A stretch of 53,890 nt of DNA from Candidatus Onthoplasma sp. (GCA_045598895.1 JAZRUZ010000036.1:1-53890), one strand, 5' to 3'. Counted from the stretch's first letter, positions 28,835-39,649 are shown. Numbers and translations are program-made. Notes: generated by a model from the sequence alone, not told the origin.

Positions 28835-30157
28835 CTATTTTAAAAATCCACGATAGTTTTTCATCATCATTTGAGCATCAAGTTGTTTATCAAGTTCAAG
28901 GGCAACAGATACTACGATAAGCATACCGGTAGCACTGAATGCGTTAGCCAAACTTGAAGAACTTCCAACAGCTGTAAATAATAATGTAGGAATTAATGCC
29001 ATAAATGCTAAGAAGATAGCACCGAAAAGCACAATCCTATTGTTGATAGTTTTTAAATATTCTGCAGTAGGTCTACCTGGTCTAATACCTGTGATAAATC
29101 CACCATTTTGTTGAATTTGTCTACTGATTTCGTCAGTGTCAAATTGAACCATTGTCCAGAAGTATGCAAAGGCTAAAATTAAGAGTGCCATTACAATTGA
29201 GTAAGCCCAAGATCCAGCACCGAGATAAGTGTTCCACCAACCAATAAAACCTGTAGTAACATTTGGCCAAAAAATGCTGAAAAGCATTTGTGGGAAAGTT
29301 AAAACAGAACTTGCTAAAATAATAGGCATAACTCCGTTTGCATTAACTCTAATAGGAATGTAAGTAGCTTGACCACCATACATTTTTCTACCTTTAATTT
29401 GTTTTGCATATTGAACGTTAACTCGTCTTTCAGCACCATCTACAAATACAACTAAAGCGAACACAGCAACCAAAACAACTGCATATAATACTAATTGCCA
29501 AATTGCTCTTTGTGTAGCACTTCCACCAGCGAATAAGCCTTGGAAGTTAGTCATAATTGAAGTACCTGCTGTAGACAAGATACCTACGAAGATAAGTAAT
29601 GACATACCATTGCCAATACCTAATTCGCTAATTTTTTCACCAAGCCAAACGGTAAACATTGCACCTGTTACAAGCATAATAACAATAAATGAACAGCATA
29701 AGAAATTATTGCCTCCAAATACTGCTAAGTGCGTTGCATCTGCTGTATCGAAACCAACGGCAATACCGATAGCCTGAGCAGCAGCAATTATAAGAGCCGC
29801 AATTTTAGTGTATAAAGAAATCTTTTTACGACCATCTGCGCCACCCTCTTTTGCAAGTCTTTGCCAACTTGGAATTACCATACAAAGTAATTGTATAATA
29901 ATTGAAGATGTGATATAAGGTGAAACACCAAGTGCTAAGAATGCACCACGAGATAACGCTCCACCTGAAATTGAACTCAACAAACCTAAAAACTTGTTTC
30001 CGGTTTCCATGTTTGTTGCACTTTCAAATACGCTTTTATTAATTCCTGGAATTGGTAACCAACATCCAAGACGATAAATAAAGAGCAAAAGCAATGTAAG
30101 TAAAATTTTATTTCTTACATCTTTCATTTTAAATGCGTCAGCTAATGTTTTAAACAT
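28835..30157 (-). CDS. secY: Preprotein translocase subunit SecY
   Basis: 440 aa with 10 TM helices, between rplO and adk. Confidence 0.96.
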   Translation of the reverse strand: MFKTLADAFKMKDVRNKILLTLLLLFIYRLGCWLPIPGINKSVFESATNMETGNKFLGLLSSISGGALSRGAFLALGVSPYITSSIIIQLLCMVIPSWQRLAKEGGADGRKKISLYTKIAALIIAAAQAIGIAVGFDTADATHLAVFGGNNFLCCSFIVIMLVTGAMFTVWLGEKISELGIGNGMSLLIFVGILSTAGTSIMTNFQGLFAGGSATQRAIWQLVLYAVVLVAVFALVVFVDGAERRVNVQYAKQIKGRKMYGGQATYIPIRVNANGVMPIILASSVLTFPQMLFSIFWPNVTTGFIGWWNTYLGAGSWAYSIVMALLILAFAYFWTMVQFDTDEISRQIQQNGGFITGIRPGRPTAEYLKTINNRIVLFGAIFLAFMALIPTLLFTAVGSSSSLANAFSATGMLIVVSVALELDKQLDAQMMMKNYRGFLK

Positions 30158-30603
30158 TATACCTCCTCTATTGTTCCACCTTGTGCTGTAATCTTTTCTT
30201 TAGCTTGTGCTGTAAATTTATTAGCCTTAACTTTTAAAGCAACTGTAAGTTCACCATCACCTAAAATCTTAATGCCGTCTTTTTCTACTTTAGATAAAAT
30301 TCCAGCATCTAATAATTTAACTGTGTCAACTTCAGTGTTTGCTTCGAAAATATTAAGAGCAGATACATTCACAGTTGAATAAACCTTTTTGAATTTAGCA
30401 TTGCTAAATCCTTTAACTGGTAATCTTCTGTACAAAGGATTTTGTCCACCTTCAAATCCAGGGCGTACACCACCACCAGAACGAGCGTTTTGACCTTTAT
30501 GTCCTTTACCAGCAGTTTTACCAACACCACTACCGATACCACGACCAAGTCTTTTCTTACTTGTTCTAGCACCGTCAGCGTTTTTCAAATCGTGTATATA
30601 CAT
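30157..30603 (-). CDS. rplO: 50S ribosomal protein L15
   Basis: 148 aa with a Gly/Lys-rich N-terminus ([19 protein letters not shown]). Confidence 0.96.
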   Translation of the reverse strand: MYIHDLKNADGARTSKKRLGRGIGSGVGKTAGKGHKGQNARSGGGVRPGFEGGQNPLYRRLPVKGFSNAKFKKVYSTVNVSALNIFEANTEVDTVKLLDAGILSKVEKDGIKILGDGELTVALKVKANKFTAQAKEKITAQGGTIEEV

Positions 30604-30613
30604 AATTTCTCCT

Positions 30614-30811
30614 TTACGCTTCTTCTTCCACTTTTAATAAGTGTTTAACTTTGAAGATGCTTCCTCTAATACAATCGTTATCAGGAAGGACTCTTGTTTG
30701 ACCAAGTTTAGTGAAACCCAAGGCTTCAACAATTTTGGCTTGTTTCTTATCAAAACCGATAGCACTTTTAATCAAAGTAACTTTAATAGTTTTTTCTTGT
30801 TTCTTTGCCAT
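30614..30811 (-). CDS. rpmD: 50S ribosomal protein L30
   Basis: 65 aa, [11 protein letters not shown]... Confidence 0.93.
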   Translation of the reverse strand: MAKKQEKTIKVTLIKSAIGFDKKQAKIVEALGFTKLGQTRVLPDNDCIRGSIFKVKHLLKVEEEA

Positions 30812-30819
30812 AAGTCCTC

Positions 30820-31341
30820 CTAAATTTCTTCTACTGATTTGCCACGAAGAAGGGCAACTTGTTCTTTAGTTCTTAAAGATTTAAGACCATTGAGAGTTGC
30901 TCTAACAACGTTAATTTTGTCAGTAGAACCATAAATTTTTGCTGTAATATCAGTAATACCAGCGAGTTCTAATACAGTACGAGCAGCACCACCTGCGATA
31001 AGACCACTACCTAATTTAGAAGGTAACATCTTAACACTAGTTTTACCGAAAGTACCGATAACTTCGTGTGGTATAGTTCCATTTACAATAGGAACATTAA
31101 TTAAAGCCTTTTTAGCTGACTTTGAAGCTTTTTCTATAGCAGCTGGAACTTCCAAAGCTTTTGCAATTCCCATTCCAACTTGACCTTTTTTGTTACCTGC
31201 AACTACAAGAGCAGAGAAACGCATGTTACGTCCACCTTTAACAACTTTAGTAACACGACGGCAATCTAACATTTTCTTGTCAAATTCATCTCTAACTTCT
31301 TCTCTAGGCTTTCTAAATTCACGTTTTTGTTGTTGTGCCAT
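30820..31341 (-). CDS. rpsE: 30S ribosomal protein S5
   Basis: 173 aa, RVTKVVKGGRNMRFSALVV. Confidence 0.97.
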   Translation of the reverse strand: MAQQQKREFRKPREEVRDEFDKKMLDCRRVTKVVKGGRNMRFSALVVAGNKKGQVGMGIAKALEVPAAIEKASKSAKKALINVPIVNGTIPHEVIGTFGKTSVKMLPSKLGSGLIAGGAARTVLELAGITDITAKIYGSTDKINVVRATLNGLKSLRTKEQVALLRGKSVEEI

Positions 31342-31349
31342 AAGTCCTC

Positions 31350-31718
31350 CTAAAATTCCAAGCCAGCGTCTCTTGCGCCGTCAGCGAGTTCTTTAACTCT
31401 TCCTGTATAAAGGTATCCACCTCTGTCGAAAACAACAGTTGTGATTTTTTTCTTTTTAGCAAGTTTTGCGATTTGTTCACCGACAAAACGAGCTTGTTCT
31501 TTGTTAGTCATATCTTTTACTTTCTCTTTAATTTCTTTTTGAGTAGTATTAGCGCTAACAAGTGTAACTCCATTAGTATCATCTATAATTTGAGCATAGA
31601 TGTGGCTAAGTGTTTTGTAAACACAAAGTCTTGGGCGTTCTTTTGTACCAGCCAAGTCATGACGAAGTCTAACATGACGTTTGATACGTTCTTGATTTTT
31701 ATTAACTTTCTTAATCAT
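31350..31718 (-). CDS. rplR: 50S ribosomal protein L18
   Basis: 122 aa ending ...[26 protein letters not shown]. Confidence 0.97.
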   Translation of the reverse strand: MIKKVNKNQERIKRHVRLRHDLAGTKERPRLCVYKTLSHIYAQIIDDTNGVTLVSANTTQKEIKEKVKDMTNKEQARFVGEQIAKLAKKKKITTVVFDRGGYLYTGRVKELADGARDAGLEF

Positions 31719-31729
31719 AACTTAACCTC

Positions 31730-32275
31730 CTACTTCTTTTTACCTGCTGCCTTACCTGCTTTCAAAATAACAACTTCATCTGTATAGTGAATTCCGTATC
31801 CATGATATGGTTCAACAGGACGAATTGCTCTAATTTTAGCAGCTTCAGCACCAACTAATTGTTTATCAGCACCTTTTACGATAATAGTGTTTTGATCTGG
31901 AATTTCAATAGTAATTCCTTCAGCTTCAACAAATTCAACAGGGTGACTAAGTCCCAAACTCATAACAAGTTTGTTACCTTGTTTACTAAGTTTATAACCA
32001 ACACCTTTAACTGTTAAAGATTTACTAAAGCCCTCAGTAACTCCTTTAATCATATTGCTGATAAGTTGTCTATAAAGACCTTGTTTAGCATTGCTATCTG
32101 TTGTTTCATCAAGACGAACTACGTAAACTTCGTTATCTTTAACTTCAACTTTAACGTTAGAAGAAAAATCTTGATTTAAAGTAAATTTTGCACCTTTAAC
32201 AGTTACAACATTTCCATTAACTTCAACAGTAACACCTGCTGGTATAGTGATAGGTAATTTACCAACTCTTGACAT
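31730..32275 (-). CDS. rplF: 50S ribosomal protein L6
   Basis: MSRVGKLPITIPAGV... 181 aa. Confidence 0.97.
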   Translation of the reverse strand: MSRVGKLPITIPAGVTVEVNGNVVTVKGAKFTLNQDFSSNVKVEVKDNEVYVVRLDETTDSNAKQGLYRQLISNMIKGVTEGFSKSLTVKGVGYKLSKQGNKLVMSLGLSHPVEFVEAEGITIEIPDQNTIIVKGADKQLVGAEAAKIRAIRPVEPYHGYGIHYTDEVVILKAGKAAGKKK

Positions 32276-32284
32276 AACTACCTC

Positions 32285-32683
32285 CTACCATACATAGGCG
32301 AGAACTTCTCCGCCTACATTTAATTTTCTAGCATCTTTGTCTGTAACGACACCTTTGCTAGTAGAGATAATAGCGATACCTAGTCCATTAAGAACGCGAG
32401 GTAATTCGTCAGCATTAACGTAAATTCTTAAACCTGGTTTGCTAATTCTCTTAAGACCTTGAATAACTTTTTCGCCATTAGGTCCATATTTAAGTGCAAT
32501 TTCCATCATCTTAACGCCATCAACTTCTTTCTCGCTGTAACCAACAACGAAACCTTCGTTTACAAGGATATCAGCCATAGATTTTTTAGTTTTTGACATT
32601 GGGACAAGGACAGAGTCTGCTTTGTTTATGTTCGCATTGCGAATACGTGTAAGCATATCTGCGATTGGATCTAAAATTAACAT
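32285..32683 (-). CDS. rpsH: 30S ribosomal protein S8
   Basis: [14 protein letters not shown]-terminus; 132 aa. Confidence 0.97.
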   Translation of the reverse strand: MLILDPIADMLTRIRNANINKADSVLVPMSKTKKSMADILVNEGFVVGYSEKEVDGVKMMEIALKYGPNGEKVIQGLKRISKPGLRIYVNADELPRVLNGLGIAIISTSKGVVTDKDARKLNVGGEVLAYVW

Positions 32684-32695
32684 AATCTTCTCCTT

Positions 32696-32881
32696 TTACC
32701 AACTAGCTTTCTTAACACCTGGCAATTCGCCTTTGTGTGCTAAATTTCTAAAACAAATTCTGCAAATTCCATATTTCTTTAAAACGGCATGTGGACGACC
32801 GCAGAGTGAACATCTAGTATATTCACGTGTAGAAAACTTTTGAGTTTTTTGTTGTTTATTTACCATTGCTTTTCTTGCCAT
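32696..32881 (-). CDS. rpsN: 30S ribosomal protein S14 type Z (zinc-binding, 61 aa)
   Basis: [20 protein letters not shown] with a C-terminal ...KKASW. Confidence 0.96.
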   Translation of the reverse strand: MARKAMVNKQQKTQKFSTREYTRCSLCGRPHAVLKKYGICRICFRNLAHKGELPGVKKASW

Positions 32882-32890
32882 AATTCACTC

Positions 32891-33451
32891 CTATTTATTT
32901 CCTTTTCTGAAAGGTAAACCCATCAAACGAAGTAATTCTCTTGCTTCATCATCAGATTTAGCAGTAGTTACGAACATAATATCGAAACCACGAACTCCAT
33001 CGATTTTATCGTATACAATTTCAGGGAAAATGATTTGTTCTTTAATACCGAAACTGTAGTTTCCTCTACCATCGAAAGATGTTGTGCTTAATCCTTGGAA
33101 GTCTCTCACACGAGGAAGAGCAACAGAAACCAATCTATCAAAGAATTCGTACATTTTTTCACCACGAAGAGTTACTTTTGCACCAATTTTTTGACCTTCA
33201 CGAAGTTTGAAGTTAGCAACTGATTTCTTTGCTACAGTAACAACTGCTTTTTGTCCAGCAATTAAGCTCAACTCATCGACTGCAGTATTGAAAGTTTTAG
33301 CATTGTCTTTTTCTTTTCCAAGACGAAGACTTAAAACAATCTTTTCAAATTTTGGAACTTCCATTACATTTTTGTAACCGAATTTCTCTTGCATAGCCTT
33401 TTTAACGACTTCGTTATAGTATGCATGACGTCTATTAATATTTTTTTCCAT
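32891..33451 (-). CDS. rplE: 50S ribosomal protein L5
   Basis: 186 aa in the spc-operon position, with a ...[18 protein letters not shown] block. Confidence 0.97.
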   Translation of the reverse strand: MEKNINRRHAYYNEVVKKAMQEKFGYKNVMEVPKFEKIVLSLRLGKEKDNAKTFNTAVDELSLIAGQKAVVTVAKKSVANFKLREGQKIGAKVTLRGEKMYEFFDRLVSVALPRVRDFQGLSTTSFDGRGNYSFGIKEQIIFPEIVYDKIDGVRGFDIMFVTTAKSDDEARELLRLMGLPFRKGNK

Positions 33452-33464
33452 TTGTCATACTCCT

Positions 33465-33806
33465 TTACGCTTTTTTAGCTGCTTTAACAGCCTTTTTAGC
33501 CTCAAGAGTAGCACCACATTTCTTACATACACGAACGATTTTTTCGTCAATAAGTTTGTGACTAACTCTAGTAGCTTTTTTACACTCAGGACAAATAACT
33601 TGCACGTTAGATGCGTCAATAGCACCTTCGTGTTTAATTATTCCACCTTTGTCATCTTTATTTTTTGGTTTATTGTGATGTGCTTGAATGTTTACTCCGG
33701 CAACGATTACTTTTCCGTCTTTAACTTCAAGAACTTCACCTGTTTTTTTAGCGTCTTTACCTGTAATAACAAGTACATTATCGCCTTTCTTAACATTTAA
33801 TTTCAT
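33465..33806 (-). CDS. rplX: 50S ribosomal protein L24 (with a C4 zinc-ribbon-like C-terminus)
   Basis: KKGDNVLVITGKDAKKTGEV KOW motif and CPECK...CKKCG in the C-terminal part. Confidence 0.95.
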   Translation of the reverse strand: MKLNVKKGDNVLVITGKDAKKTGEVLEVKDGKVIVAGVNIQAHHNKPKNKDDKGGIIKHEGAIDASNVQVICPECKKATRVSHKLIDEKIVRVCKKCGATLEAKKAVKAAKKA

Positions 33807-33816
33807 CTATTGCCTC

Positions 33817-34185
33817 CTATAAAACTTCTGGTGCTAGTGAGATAATTTGAGTAAATCCACCTGCACGAAGTTCTCTTGCAATTGGTCCAAACACACGTGT
33901 TCCACGTGGAGCCTTGTTGCTATCAATTAAAACTGCAGCATTATCATCGAATCTAACAGCAGTGCCGTCTTCTCTTGTAAATGTCTTTTTAGTTCTAACA
34001 ATAACAGCTTTAACAACTTCACCTTTCTTAACTTTTCCGTCTGGATCAGCCTTGATAACAGAAGCAACAATGACATCGCCAACGCCAGCTGATTTAACAA
34101 CTGAACCTCCCATACAACGAATGCATCTAATTTGTTTAGCACCACTGTTGTCGGCTACATTTAATACTGATAATGGTTGTATCAT
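33817..34185 (-). CDS. rplN: 50S ribosomal protein L14
   Basis: [17 protein letters not shown]... 122 aa. Confidence 0.97.
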   Translation of the reverse strand: MIQPLSVLNVADNSGAKQIRCIRCMGGSVVKSAGVGDVIVASVIKADPDGKVKKGEVVKAVIVRTKKTFTREDGTAVRFDDNAAVLIDSNKAPRGTRVFGPIARELRAGGFTQIISLAPEVL

Positions 34186-34194
34186 ATTTGCCTC

Positions 34195-34455
34195 CTACTT
34201 AGCACGTTCAACGATAGTAAGAAGTCTAAAATACTTATCCTTTGAAAGTGGACGAGTTTCAATAATGGTAACAGTATCACCAATATGTGCTTCATTCTTT
34301 TCGTCATGTGCTTTATATTTTTTTGTAACTTTTACATATTTTTTGTAAATTGGGTCTTGTACTTTGCTGGTAACTTCGACAGTTATAGTTTTGTCGCATT
34401 TATCAGAAACAACAACACCTGTGATTGTTCTATGATTAACTTTGATTTCTTCCAT
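34195..34455 (-). CDS. rpsQ: 30S ribosomal protein S17
   Basis: 86 aa, ...[17 protein letters not shown]... Confidence 0.96.
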   Translation of the reverse strand: MEEIKVNHRTITGVVVSDKCDKTITVEVTSKVQDPIYKKYVKVTKKYKAHDEKNEAHIGDTVTIIETRPLSKDKYFRLLTIVERAK

Positions 34456-34457
34456 AA

Positions 34458-34658
34458 TTACTCCTTAGCTCCAGCAATTTGTTTCATTCTAATGGCAGTT
34501 TTAACTCTTGCAATATTTTTCTTTGTAGTTCTAATACTGCTAGTGTCAGGAAGTTGACCAACTTTGTTTTTGAAATTTAAATTGAAAAGTTCAGTTCTCA
34601 ATTTGCTTTCTTCATTGATCAATTCTTCTAATGATTTATCTTTATAATTATTCTTCAT
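34458..34658 (-). CDS. rpmC: 50S ribosomal protein L29
   Basis: ATG at 34658 with a GGCGGTG SD; the tracked GTG start is at 34667. Overlaps the rplP end by 11 nt. Confidence 0.92.
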   Translation of the reverse strand: MKNNYKDKSLEELINEESKLRTELFNLNFKNKVGQLPDTSSIRTTKKNIARVKTAIRMKQIAGAKE

Positions 34659-35079
34659 TATTTTCACCGCCTTTTTCCTTGCGAACTACTTTAGTTTTAC
34701 AAGGAAGTTTGTGAGATGCAAGTCTAAGTGCTTCCAAACAAGTTGCCTCATCTGGACCACTAACTTCCATAATAATTCTATCACGTTTAACGACTGCAAC
34801 GTGTCCTACTTGAGCACCTTTACCACTACCCATACGAGTATCAGCAGGTTTCTTTGTAATAGGTTTGTCAGGGAAAACTTTTATCCATACTTGACCACCA
34901 CGTTTCATGTATCTATTGATAGCTACACGGGCAGCTTCGAGTTGGTTAGAAGTCATCCAACAAGGTTCAGTTGCTTGAAGACCGAAATCTCCATAAGTAA
35001 CTTTGTTACCACGAGTCGCACGACCTGTCATACGACCACGGAATTGTTTTCTTCTTTTTTCTCTCTTAGGCATCAACAT
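34648..35079 (-). CDS. rplP: 50S ribosomal protein L16
   Basis: [17 protein letters not shown]... 143 aa. Confidence 0.97.
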   Translation of the reverse strand: MLMPKREKRRKQFRGRMTGRATRGNKVTYGDFGLQATEPCWMTSNQLEAARVAINRYMKRGGQVWIKVFPDKPITKKPADTRMGSGKGAQVGHVAVVKRDRIIMEVSGPDEATCLEALRLASHKLPCKTKVVRKEKGGENNEE

Positions 35080-35080
35080 A

Positions 35081-35755
35081 TTAGTTTTCTCCTTTCTTGT
35101 GATTTACTGCGCTTTGAGAAACCTTACCTAAAATTTCACCTTTATAAATCCAAACTTTAACGCCAAGTACACCAAAAGTAGTGTGAGCTTCTACGCAAGC
35201 GTAGTCGATATTGGCTCTAATAGTTTGAAGTGGAAGTGAACCTTCATGATAGTGTTCACTACGCGCAATTTCAGCACCGTCAAGACGACCTGATACCATA
35301 GTTTTAACACCAGTTGCTCCAGCACGCATTACTCTTTGCATAGCAGCCTTCATAACACGACGGAATTGAGCACGCTTCTCGAGTTGAGCAGCGATACTTT
35401 CTGCAACTAATTTAGCATCTAAGTCAGGATTCTTAACTTCGACAACATTTACATTAACTTTTTTAACTTCAGTAAGTTTTTCTACACTCTTTTTAAGAGC
35501 TTCGATACCAGCACCTTTTTGTCCAATAAGAACACCGGGTTTACCAGTATAGATAGAAACTACTAAACTATCATTTGTTCTTTCAATCATAACGTTTGAA
35601 AGAGCGCATGTTTTATATTCTTTAAGGATATAATTACGAATTACATTATCTTCCTTAATGTTTTTAGCAATATTTTTCTTGTCTGCGTACCAAAAAGAAT
35701 TCCATGTCTTATTGATACCAAGTCTCATTCCATTTGGATTAACTTTTTGTCCCAT
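35081..35755 (-). CDS. rpsC: 30S ribosomal protein S3
   Basis: [14 protein letters not shown]... 224 aa. Confidence 0.97.
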   Translation of the reverse strand: MGQKVNPNGMRLGINKTWNSFWYADKKNIAKNIKEDNVIRNYILKEYKTCALSNVMIERTNDSLVVSIYTGKPGVLIGQKGAGIEALKKSVEKLTEVKKVNVNVVEVKNPDLDAKLVAESIAAQLEKRAQFRRVMKAAMQRVMRAGATGVKTMVSGRLDGAEIARSEHYHEGSLPLQTIRANIDYACVEAHTTFGVLGVKVWIYKGEILGKVSQSAVNHKKGEN

Positions 35756-35757
35756 AA

Positions 35758-36150
35758 TTACTCCTTATTTCCTAGAACAACTTTAATGTGAGATGTTCTA
35801 TTAGTGATTCTGTCAGCACCATGACCACGACCACGGAAGTATACTTTACGTACACTTGTTGGGCCTTGACCAAGGATGACTTCTGCTAAATACAAGTCAT
35901 GAACGTTTAGTCCTTTATTGTTTTCAGCATTAGCACCAGCAGATTTAACAACTTTAAGTAAAATTGCTGCTGCTTCGTGAGGCATATTGCTTAAAATTGC
36001 AACTGCATCATCATAACTCTTTCCTCTTACTTGATCGATAACGATTTTTGCCTTTGTAGGAGATAAACGCACAAAACGTACACTAGCATAAGGACGAGTT
36101 TCTTTATTTTGCTCTATTTTTTCAGCTTTTTCTCTAATTCTCTTAGCCAT
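35758..36150 (-). CDS. rplV: 50S ribosomal protein L22 (N-terminal extension of about 18 aa)
   Basis: 130 aa, ...VRFVRLSPTKAKIVIDQVRGK... Confidence 0.95.
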   Translation of the reverse strand: MAKRIREKAEKIEQNKETRPYASVRFVRLSPTKAKIVIDQVRGKSYDDAVAILSNMPHEAAAILLKVVKSAGANAENNKGLNVHDLYLAEVILGQGPTSVRKVYFRGRGHGADRITNRTSHIKVVLGNKE

Positions 36151-36159
36151 AATTCACTC

Positions 36160-36453
36160 CTATTTAGCACTACCAGCACCTGGTGCAGTAGCTTCTTTTA
36201 TTCTGTGGCCTTTAAATGTACGAGTTGGAGCGAATTCTCCTAACTTGTGACCAACCATATCGACAGTACAATATACAGGTATATGTTTTCTACCATTGTG
36301 AACAGCAATTGTATGTCCAACGAATTCAGGATAGATTGTGCTTGATCTTGACCAAGTCTTGATAGCTTTTTTCTCGCCTTTTTCGTTCATAGTCTTAATT
36401 CTAGACATCAATTTCTCTTCTACGAATGGAACTTTCTTTAAACTTCTACTCAT
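36160..36453 (-). CDS. rpsS: 30S ribosomal protein S19
   Basis: [12 protein letters not shown]...[10 protein letters not shown]. Confidence 0.97.
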   Translation of the reverse strand: MSRSLKKVPFVEEKLMSRIKTMNEKGEKKAIKTWSRSSTIYPEFVGHTIAVHNGRKHIPVYCTVDMVGHKLGEFAPTRTFKGHRIKEATAPGAGSAK

Positions 36454-36464
36454 AATAACTCCTA

Positions 36465-37298
36465 CTAAGCATTAGCTCTCTTGACAATAAGTTTGTCAGA
36501 AGCCTTGTTATGCTTTCTTGTCTTGTATCCGTTAGCAGGTTTACCCCATGGAGTCATTGGACCAGCATGTCCAACTGGTGATTTACCTTCACCACCACCG
36601 TGTGGGTGATCAACTGGGTTCATGGCACTACCACGAACGGTAGGTCTAATACCCATGTGACGTTTACGTCCAGCCTTACCTAAAGATACAATTTCATTTT
36701 CTTCGTTGCCAATTTCACCGATAGTTGCACGGCAAATAGCAAACACTTTTCTCATTTCACCACTTGGCAAACGGATAGTAGCATAAGCGCCTTCCTTAGC
36801 CATAAGTTGTGCTGAAACACCAGCAGTTCTAACTAATTGTCCACCTTTTCCTGCTTGTAATTCAATGTTGTGAATCATTGAACCAAGTGGAATTTCAGAC
36901 AATGGAAGTGTGTTACCTGGTTTAATTTCTGCTCCGACGCCTGACATAACAATGTCGCCAACATTTAAACCTTTTGGAGCGATAATGAATCTCTTTTCTC
37001 CATCAGCATATGTTAACAATGCAATGTATGCAGTTCTGTTTGGATCATATTGAATGCTATCAACTCTAGCAGCAATACCATCTTTATCACGTTTAAAGTC
37101 GATAACTCTATATTTACGTCTGTTAGCACCACCGATATTTCTAACAGTGATTTTACCTTGAGCATTACGTCCACCTGTTTTCTTAACAGTAGTAAGTAAT
37201 GATTTAGGAGCAACAGCGTTCTTTGTTAATTCGTCATAAGTTTTGTATGTAACGAATCTACTACCTGCTGAAGTAGGTTTTTTAGTTCTAATAGCCAT
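36465..37298 (-). CDS. rplB: 50S ribosomal protein L2
   Basis: 277 aa, ...[16 protein letters not shown]... Confidence 0.97.
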   Translation of the reverse strand: MAIRTKKPTSAGSRFVTYKTYDELTKNAVAPKSLLTTVKKTGGRNAQGKITVRNIGGANRRKYRVIDFKRDKDGIAARVDSIQYDPNRTAYIALLTYADGEKRFIIAPKGLNVGDIVMSGVGAEIKPGNTLPLSEIPLGSMIHNIELQAGKGGQLVRTAGVSAQLMAKEGAYATIRLPSGEMRKVFAICRATIGEIGNEENEIVSLGKAGRKRHMGIRPTVRGSAMNPVDHPHGGGEGKSPVGHAGPMTPWGKPANGYKTRKHNKASDKLIVKRANA

Positions 37299-37310
37299 TT
37301 TCTACTCCTT

Positions 37311-37613
37311 TTAGTTCAAGCTATCGAAGAAAGCGATAGTTTTACTGTCAGCAGTAAGTTTTACAACTGCCTTCTTGTAGTCGCTTGTCTTTCCAACAAC
37401 TTGACCGTTTCTTGTATTTCTTGTTCTAGTTTTACCTTTGCAGTTAACTGTGTTAACGCTGTCTACTTTAACTTCAAACAATTCTTCAACTGCTTTCTTG
37501 ATTTCAACTTTGTTAGCAGATTTAGCAACTTTAAAAGTGTAAACCTTATTAGGAATGCCTGCGTATGATTTTTCAGTCATAATAGGCTCTAAGATAATTT
37601 CTTGCGCTTTCAT
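37311..37613 (-). CDS. rplW: 50S ribosomal protein L23
   Basis: 100 aa between rplD and rplB, with an ATGA overlap with rplD. Confidence 0.95.
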   Translation of the reverse strand: MKAQEIILEPIMTEKSYAGIPNKVYTFKVAKSANKVEIKKAVEELFEVKVDSVNTVNCKGKTRTRNTRNGQVVGKTSDYKKAVVKLTADSKTIAFFDSLN

Positions 37614-38236
37614 TATACGTATGCCTCCTCTAATTTCTTAATTGCATCTTTAGTAAATACTAAATATTTGTTTTCAACGACTTGTTTAACATTGAGTAAA
37701 CTAGCATCAACTGAGTTAACTGATTTAATGTTAGCAGTTGCTTTGATTACGTTGTCATTTTTACCATTAGTAACAATGATAGTTTTCTTATCAAGTCCGA
37801 AAACTTTTAAGAATTCGCTAGCAGCTTTAGTTTTGCTGTCAGCAAAATTGATTTCGTCAAGAACAACAACTTCACCTTGTCTAATCTTTTCACTCATTGC
37901 TGAAGCGAAAGCGATGTCTCTAGATTTCTTGTTAATTTTTTGACTGAAATCTCTTGGTTTTGGTGCGAAGACTACGCCACCACCAACGAATTGAGGAGCA
38001 CTCTTTTCGTCGTGACGAGCATTACCTGTACCTTTTTGACGATATAATTTCTTTTTAGTGAGATTAACTTCACTACGAGTAAGTGTTGATTTAGTTCCTT
38101 GTCTAGCATTGTTATTCAATGCAACAACAACTTGGTGAATAAGAGCTTCTTTATATTCAGCACCGAACACTAAGTCGTTAAGTTCAACCGAACCAACTTC
38201 CTCTTTCTTCATATTATAAACTTTTAGTTTAGCCAT
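37613..38236 (-). CDS. rplD: 50S ribosomal protein L4
   Basis: 207 aa, ...LYRQKGTGNARH... Confidence 0.96.
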   Translation of the reverse strand: MAKLKVYNMKKEEVGSVELNDLVFGAEYKEALIHQVVVALNNNARQGTKSTLTRSEVNLTKKKLYRQKGTGNARHDEKSAPQFVGGGVVFAPKPRDFSQKINKKSRDIAFASAMSEKIRQGEVVVLDEINFADSKTKAASEFLKVFGLDKKTIIVTNGKNDNVIKATANIKSVNSVDASLLNVKQVVENKYLVFTKDAIKKLEEAYV

Positions 38237-38247
38237 AGTTTACTCCT

Positions 38248-38880
38248 TTAAGCCTTAACAGCAGACTTGATAGTAACTATGCTAGATTTAGCACCAGGGA
38301 TTGCACCTTTAACTAAAATCAAATTTCTATCAGCATCTACTTTAACAACTCTAAGATTTTGGATAGTTACAGCGTCACAGCCATAATGTCCTGGCATCTT
38401 TTTGCCTTTGAATACTCTACTAGGTGTTGAGTTTGCACCCATAGAACCAACTTCTCTATGAACAGGTCCTACACCGTGAGTCATTTTAAGTCTTTGTTGA
38501 TTCCAACGTTTGATAACACCTGTAAATCCGTGACCTTTGCTTGTTCCAGATACGTCAACCATATCTCCCTCAGCAAACATGTCAGCCTTTACTACTGAAC
38601 CAACGCTAAATTTAGTTGTATCATCGTATTTGAATTCTTTTAAAATTCTCTTTGCTTCAACATTAGCCTTCTTGAAAGCGCCAGCAACGCATTTATTAAC
38701 GTTCTTTGCTTTGATATCGCCGAAAGCTAATTGCACTGAGTTGTAACCATCAACTTCAGTTGTCTTAATTTGTGTGACATAACAAGGTCCTGCTTCAATA
38801 ACTGTCACAGGTTCAACTTTTCCATCTTCTGTGAAGATTTGTGTCATACCAATTTTCTTACCTATAATCGCTTTTTCCAC
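38248..38880 (-). CDS. rplC: 50S ribosomal protein L3
   Basis: [10 protein letters not shown]...[16 protein letters not shown]. Confidence 0.97.
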   Translation of the reverse strand: MEKAIIGKKIGMTQIFTEDGKVEPVTVIEAGPCYVTQIKTTEVDGYNSVQLAFGDIKAKNVNKCVAGAFKKANVEAKRILKEFKYDDTTKFSVGSVVKADMFAEGDMVDVSGTSKGHGFTGVIKRWNQQRLKMTHGVGPVHREVGSMGANSTPSRVFKGKKMPGHYGCDAVTIQNLRVVKVDADRNLILVKGAIPGAKSSIVTIKSAVKA

Positions 38881-38891
38881 AGTATACCTCC

Positions 38892-39200
38892 TTATACTTT
38901 CACCTTAATGTCTACGCCGGCTGGAACATTCATCTTTAAGATTGTGTCTACAGCCTTAGCATTAGGTGCATATACATCAATTAATCTAAAATGTGTACGT
39001 GATTCAAATTGTTCTCTTGAATCTTTGTTTACGTGTACACTACGTAAAATTGTAACTACTTCCTTGTTTGTTGGAAGTGGAATAGGTCCAGAAACTTTAC
39101 ATCCAGACTTTGTAGCAGTATCAATGATACGAGCTACTACGTTTTCGATTAAACCTGTATCATAAGAAGCAAGTTTAATTCTTAACTTTGTTGTTGCCAT
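38892..39200 (-). CDS. rpsJ: 30S ribosomal protein S10
   Basis: [10 protein letters not shown]...102 aa, with an AAAGGAG SD. Confidence 0.97.
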   Translation of the reverse strand: MATTKLRIKLASYDTGLIENVVARIIDTATKSGCKVSGPIPLPTNKEVVTILRSVHVNKDSREQFESRTHFRLIDVYAPNAKAVDTILKMNVPAGVDIKVKV

Positions 39201-39485
39201 AATTTTTTCTCCTTTTATAATTTTGTCAACCCTTTAACCAAGACCATAATTCGACATTTTATAACATCGTGCATTATAAATATTGAAAGTCTAAAAACAA
39301 GATCTAATAACATTTAATTACACGCGTATTACACCATGCCGTGTGTTAAGTACTGATTCTCAAAAATAAATCGAGCACATGGCTCACTATTTTTGCTTGG
39401 CATCCATACGGATTATGGTCAGCACAAATTCCCACTTGTTGTTGCGAACAAGTGCAACCTCATGCGTCTCTCCACATAGATCAGC
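39201..39485 (-). promoter_or_regulatory. Long structured 5' leader of the S10 operon (about 285 nt)
   Basis: Lies between the predicted promoter and the rpsJ ATG. Has an 8-bp hairpin CACTTGTT/AACAAGTG (39433-39454) and a local hairpin CCATA/TATGG (39404-39418). A 9-bp long-range complement joins 39242-39250 and 39412-39420. CCAAG (39238-39242) and CTTGG (39396-39400) are competing partners. Confidence 0.5.
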
Positions 39486-39491
39486 AAATCA

Positions 39492-39520
39492 ATAATACCA
39501 AACAACAATAACTTTGTCAA
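39492..39520 (-). promoter_or_regulatory. S10-operon promoter (TTGACA-17 nt-TATTAT)
   Basis: -35 at 39515-39520 and -10 at 39492-39497 on the minus strand. Confidence 0.55.
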
Positions 39521-39598
39521 TACTTTTTTTAAACTTTTTATAAAATATGACAATAATTTCGTGAGGTAAAACAAAAATAAAAAATAATCAAAAAGGTA

Positions 39599-39627
39599 TT
39601 TACAAAATAAAAACAATGTGATAAAAT
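39599..39627 (+). promoter_or_regulatory. Promoter of the 151-aa gene (TTTACA-17 nt-TGaTAAAAT)
   Basis: -35 at 39599-39604 and an extended -10 at 39619-39627, divergent from the S10 promoter. Confidence 0.45.
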
Positions 39628-39649
39628 ATAAAAAACTTAAGGAGAAGAC

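Noticed and set aside
33465-33806. Zinc-ribbon (CPEC...CKKC) in ribosomal protein L24 as a novelty
   Set aside because: As far as I recall, Cys-containing L24 variants of this kind exist in other bacterial lineages such as Thermus. I treat this as a lineage variant, not a new feature.
39419-39616. 65-aa minus-strand ORF in the track
   Set aside because: It overlaps the S10 promoter and leader and the divergent promoter. It is low-complexity (F/L/Y/K-rich) and has no SD, so it is most likely non-coding.
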